From Lingula anatina (lineage: Eukaryota; Animalia; Brachiopoda), in contig CM120648.1 of NCBI GenBank assembly GCA_051362555.1, positions 8,366,587 to 8,430,586 of the forward strand: 64,000 nucleotides of DNA. The letters run 5' to 3'. The translations under genes and the position numbers were made by a program. The notes under the pieces were generated by a model. The model was not told the origin of the DNA. It saw only the letters and a list, made by a program, of their open reading frames with translations, and did no database searches. Shown here one piece after another: positions 62,144-64,000 of the stretch (the stretch's first letter is position 1; each line of letters starts with the position of its first letter).

Positions 62144-64000
62144 TCAAGCATCCAGATCGATGTCTATCATCCCATCTTGCGATAAATTTAAGACATCACA
62201 GTAGGTGGGGTTTTCGAAAGCTTTGTCCGAGTTCTCCTCTGGTTGAGAAATGTTGTCGTCCAGGTCATCAAAATACAGCCGGTCGGGACCTTTTCCTACA
62301 CGTCTCCTGTAATTATAGTACGAAATGGTATGGTTTGGCATGGCATGGCCAGATGTATGATATGGTATGATATGACATGGTATGCTATACAGGGGTAGTA
62401 TTGTGTCGTATGGTATATGGTATGTATGCCTATGGTATTGTATGGCATGGCATAGTACGACATGGTTTTATACAATATGGTTTGGTATTATACAGTAGCG
62501 TTATTGTATAGCAGAGAAGAAGAGTAGTATATAAGAATAGTAGGGCATAACATATCATACATGCATAATACAATAAAAAATCTTCGGCTCTTGAGAGACA
62601 CAATTATTATGGTCGAACAGGTCATTCAAGAAAAGCAGTGAAATTTTAACAAAAAATTAGCACATATATTCTTATTCTAGAAACTGATTAATATTAACAA
62701 CCAGCATTTTTTTAAAGAACAAAGTACGTTTTTCTAAGAAAGTCCAAGTATCTCAGTCAAAATTTTTAATCTTTCAAACTGACTTTCAGACTGCATTCTG
62801 GGGAAACGTTTTCTAGATATTCTTAGTTTTCACAAATTGTAGCTAAATAACGGAGAACTGACAACTTGGTGTTACTGGTAGTTTAAAAGCATTTACCTTT
62901 TAATCATAAAAGCAGAGATGGCGGTTATAACGATGATTATAACCCCTGCCCCGACTCCTACGCCAGCATACGTATATGTTTCTGGAGTTGATAATAATAA
63001 TAATAATAATAATAATATAGTGAAATCATATATAAATACGTGGACAAATTTACGATCCGTAAAACGCCTCGAACAAGAAAATGACCATGGCCCCATTTAT
63101 AATAGGGGACTAAGTAGTCCGAGGATCAAATATGAATACTTCCCCACTGGACATCTATTCAGTGTCTATTAGCGGATTAGAGTCAAGCTTTTTTAGTGGG
63201 TTGCCATATTTGATCATTGTACTTGTTAGTCCCAAATTCTGAATGGGGCCCATGTCAACCATTACCTGATATATTTAGTCATTTAAAAAGTATATACTAG
63301 ATATATTATCTTTAAAGGGTATGTTGGATTTGGTGGCGACACTGGAATTTTCACAAATGCCCCTACATATGTCAATTTTCATGCTTGTAGGAAAAAAATG
63401 CACGATTTTCACCAAAGACTTTTTGCTAGACTTTTTCACAGAAGTGTTTTAATCCAAGCCTACCTTGCTGCTGCGCTTGCCTTTCTGCCTGACGTTTATC
63501 AGAAATGGAGGGGAGATCAGATGGTTTTGTCACAGGGTTAGTATTCATTGCAGCTTTGGTACTGTCTTTGGGTGCGTCTGTCTTGTCTACAGATTTCGTA
63601 TTTTTAGCACCTAAACTAGTTGTCGTAACTTCAATAAATTCAGTCGTCTGTTCTGTGGACTCTTTCGATGTTTGCACTTTGGGGACAGCGGTTGTTTCTC
63701 TTCTGGTACTGGTTGTCGTGTATTTTGTCCTGTCTGTAGATAATCTTTCAATTGCTTTTGTAGATTGAAATCCGCCCGCAGTGGTTAATTGCTTCGCGGA
63801 AGACGTAATATGAGCTGGAGTCAATGTCGTCTCTACATTCAGTTTCGTAACTGGATTGAGCTTCGTAACTGGCCCACTTGGCAAAGTTGTTCGTTCGACT
63901 GATGGTTTAGTTAAACCCACCACGGTTTCCGTAGAAACAGCCAAAACTGACTGTGTGTATTGCGACGAGACAGTAGTCTTGCCACGTAAGGTTGACGATT
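62144..64000 (-). CDS. 3' part of another mucin-stalk type I membrane protein (paralogue of 40787-48645); 5' exons lie outside the window
   Basis: Exons >64000-63464 (Ser/Thr-rich, ends KRQAERQAQQQ), 62981-62897 (TM ETYTYAGVGVGAGVIIIVITAISAFMIKR) and 62306-62144 (tail with FENPTY). The juxtamembrane segment aligns with [19 protein letters not shown] of the upstream gene. Confidence 0.85.
62325..62500. repeat. Degenerate (TGGTA/TGGCA)n pentamer repeat
   Basis: Direct reading. Confidence 0.8.

Overview
AT-rich, intron-containing animal genomic DNA (invertebrate, lophotrochozoan-like; taxon not determinable from sequence alone), not prokaryotic. Gene models were built by hand from GT/AG junctions and exon-phase continuity. 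The + strand carries the last six coding exons of OTUD3. The - strand carries seven co-oriented membrane-protein genes. (1) A two-exon class A orphan GPCR. (2) and (3) Two small paralogous type III transmembrane proteins with Tyr-motif tails, LAT/PAG-like in design; the ORF track misses most of their exons. (4) Between them, an 18-exon ~1907-aa chimera: signal peptide, prodomain, M12B (ADAMTS-type) zinc metalloprotease, Cys-rich and PLAC-like modules, ~900-aa Thr mucin, SEA, EGF x2, TM, Tyr-rich tail. (5) A CTLD-mucin-CTLD-mucin-TM gene. (6) A CTLD-EGF-EGF-mucin-TM gene. (7) The 3' end of another mucin-TM paralogue. Introns hold a 2.6-kb foldback element with a perfect 9-bp TSD, a minimal Penelope-type hammerhead ribozyme motif, many MITEs, LINE relics, a 119-bp tandem array and a relic mucin exon. 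Most long + strand ORFs are antisense shadows of the mucin repeats.
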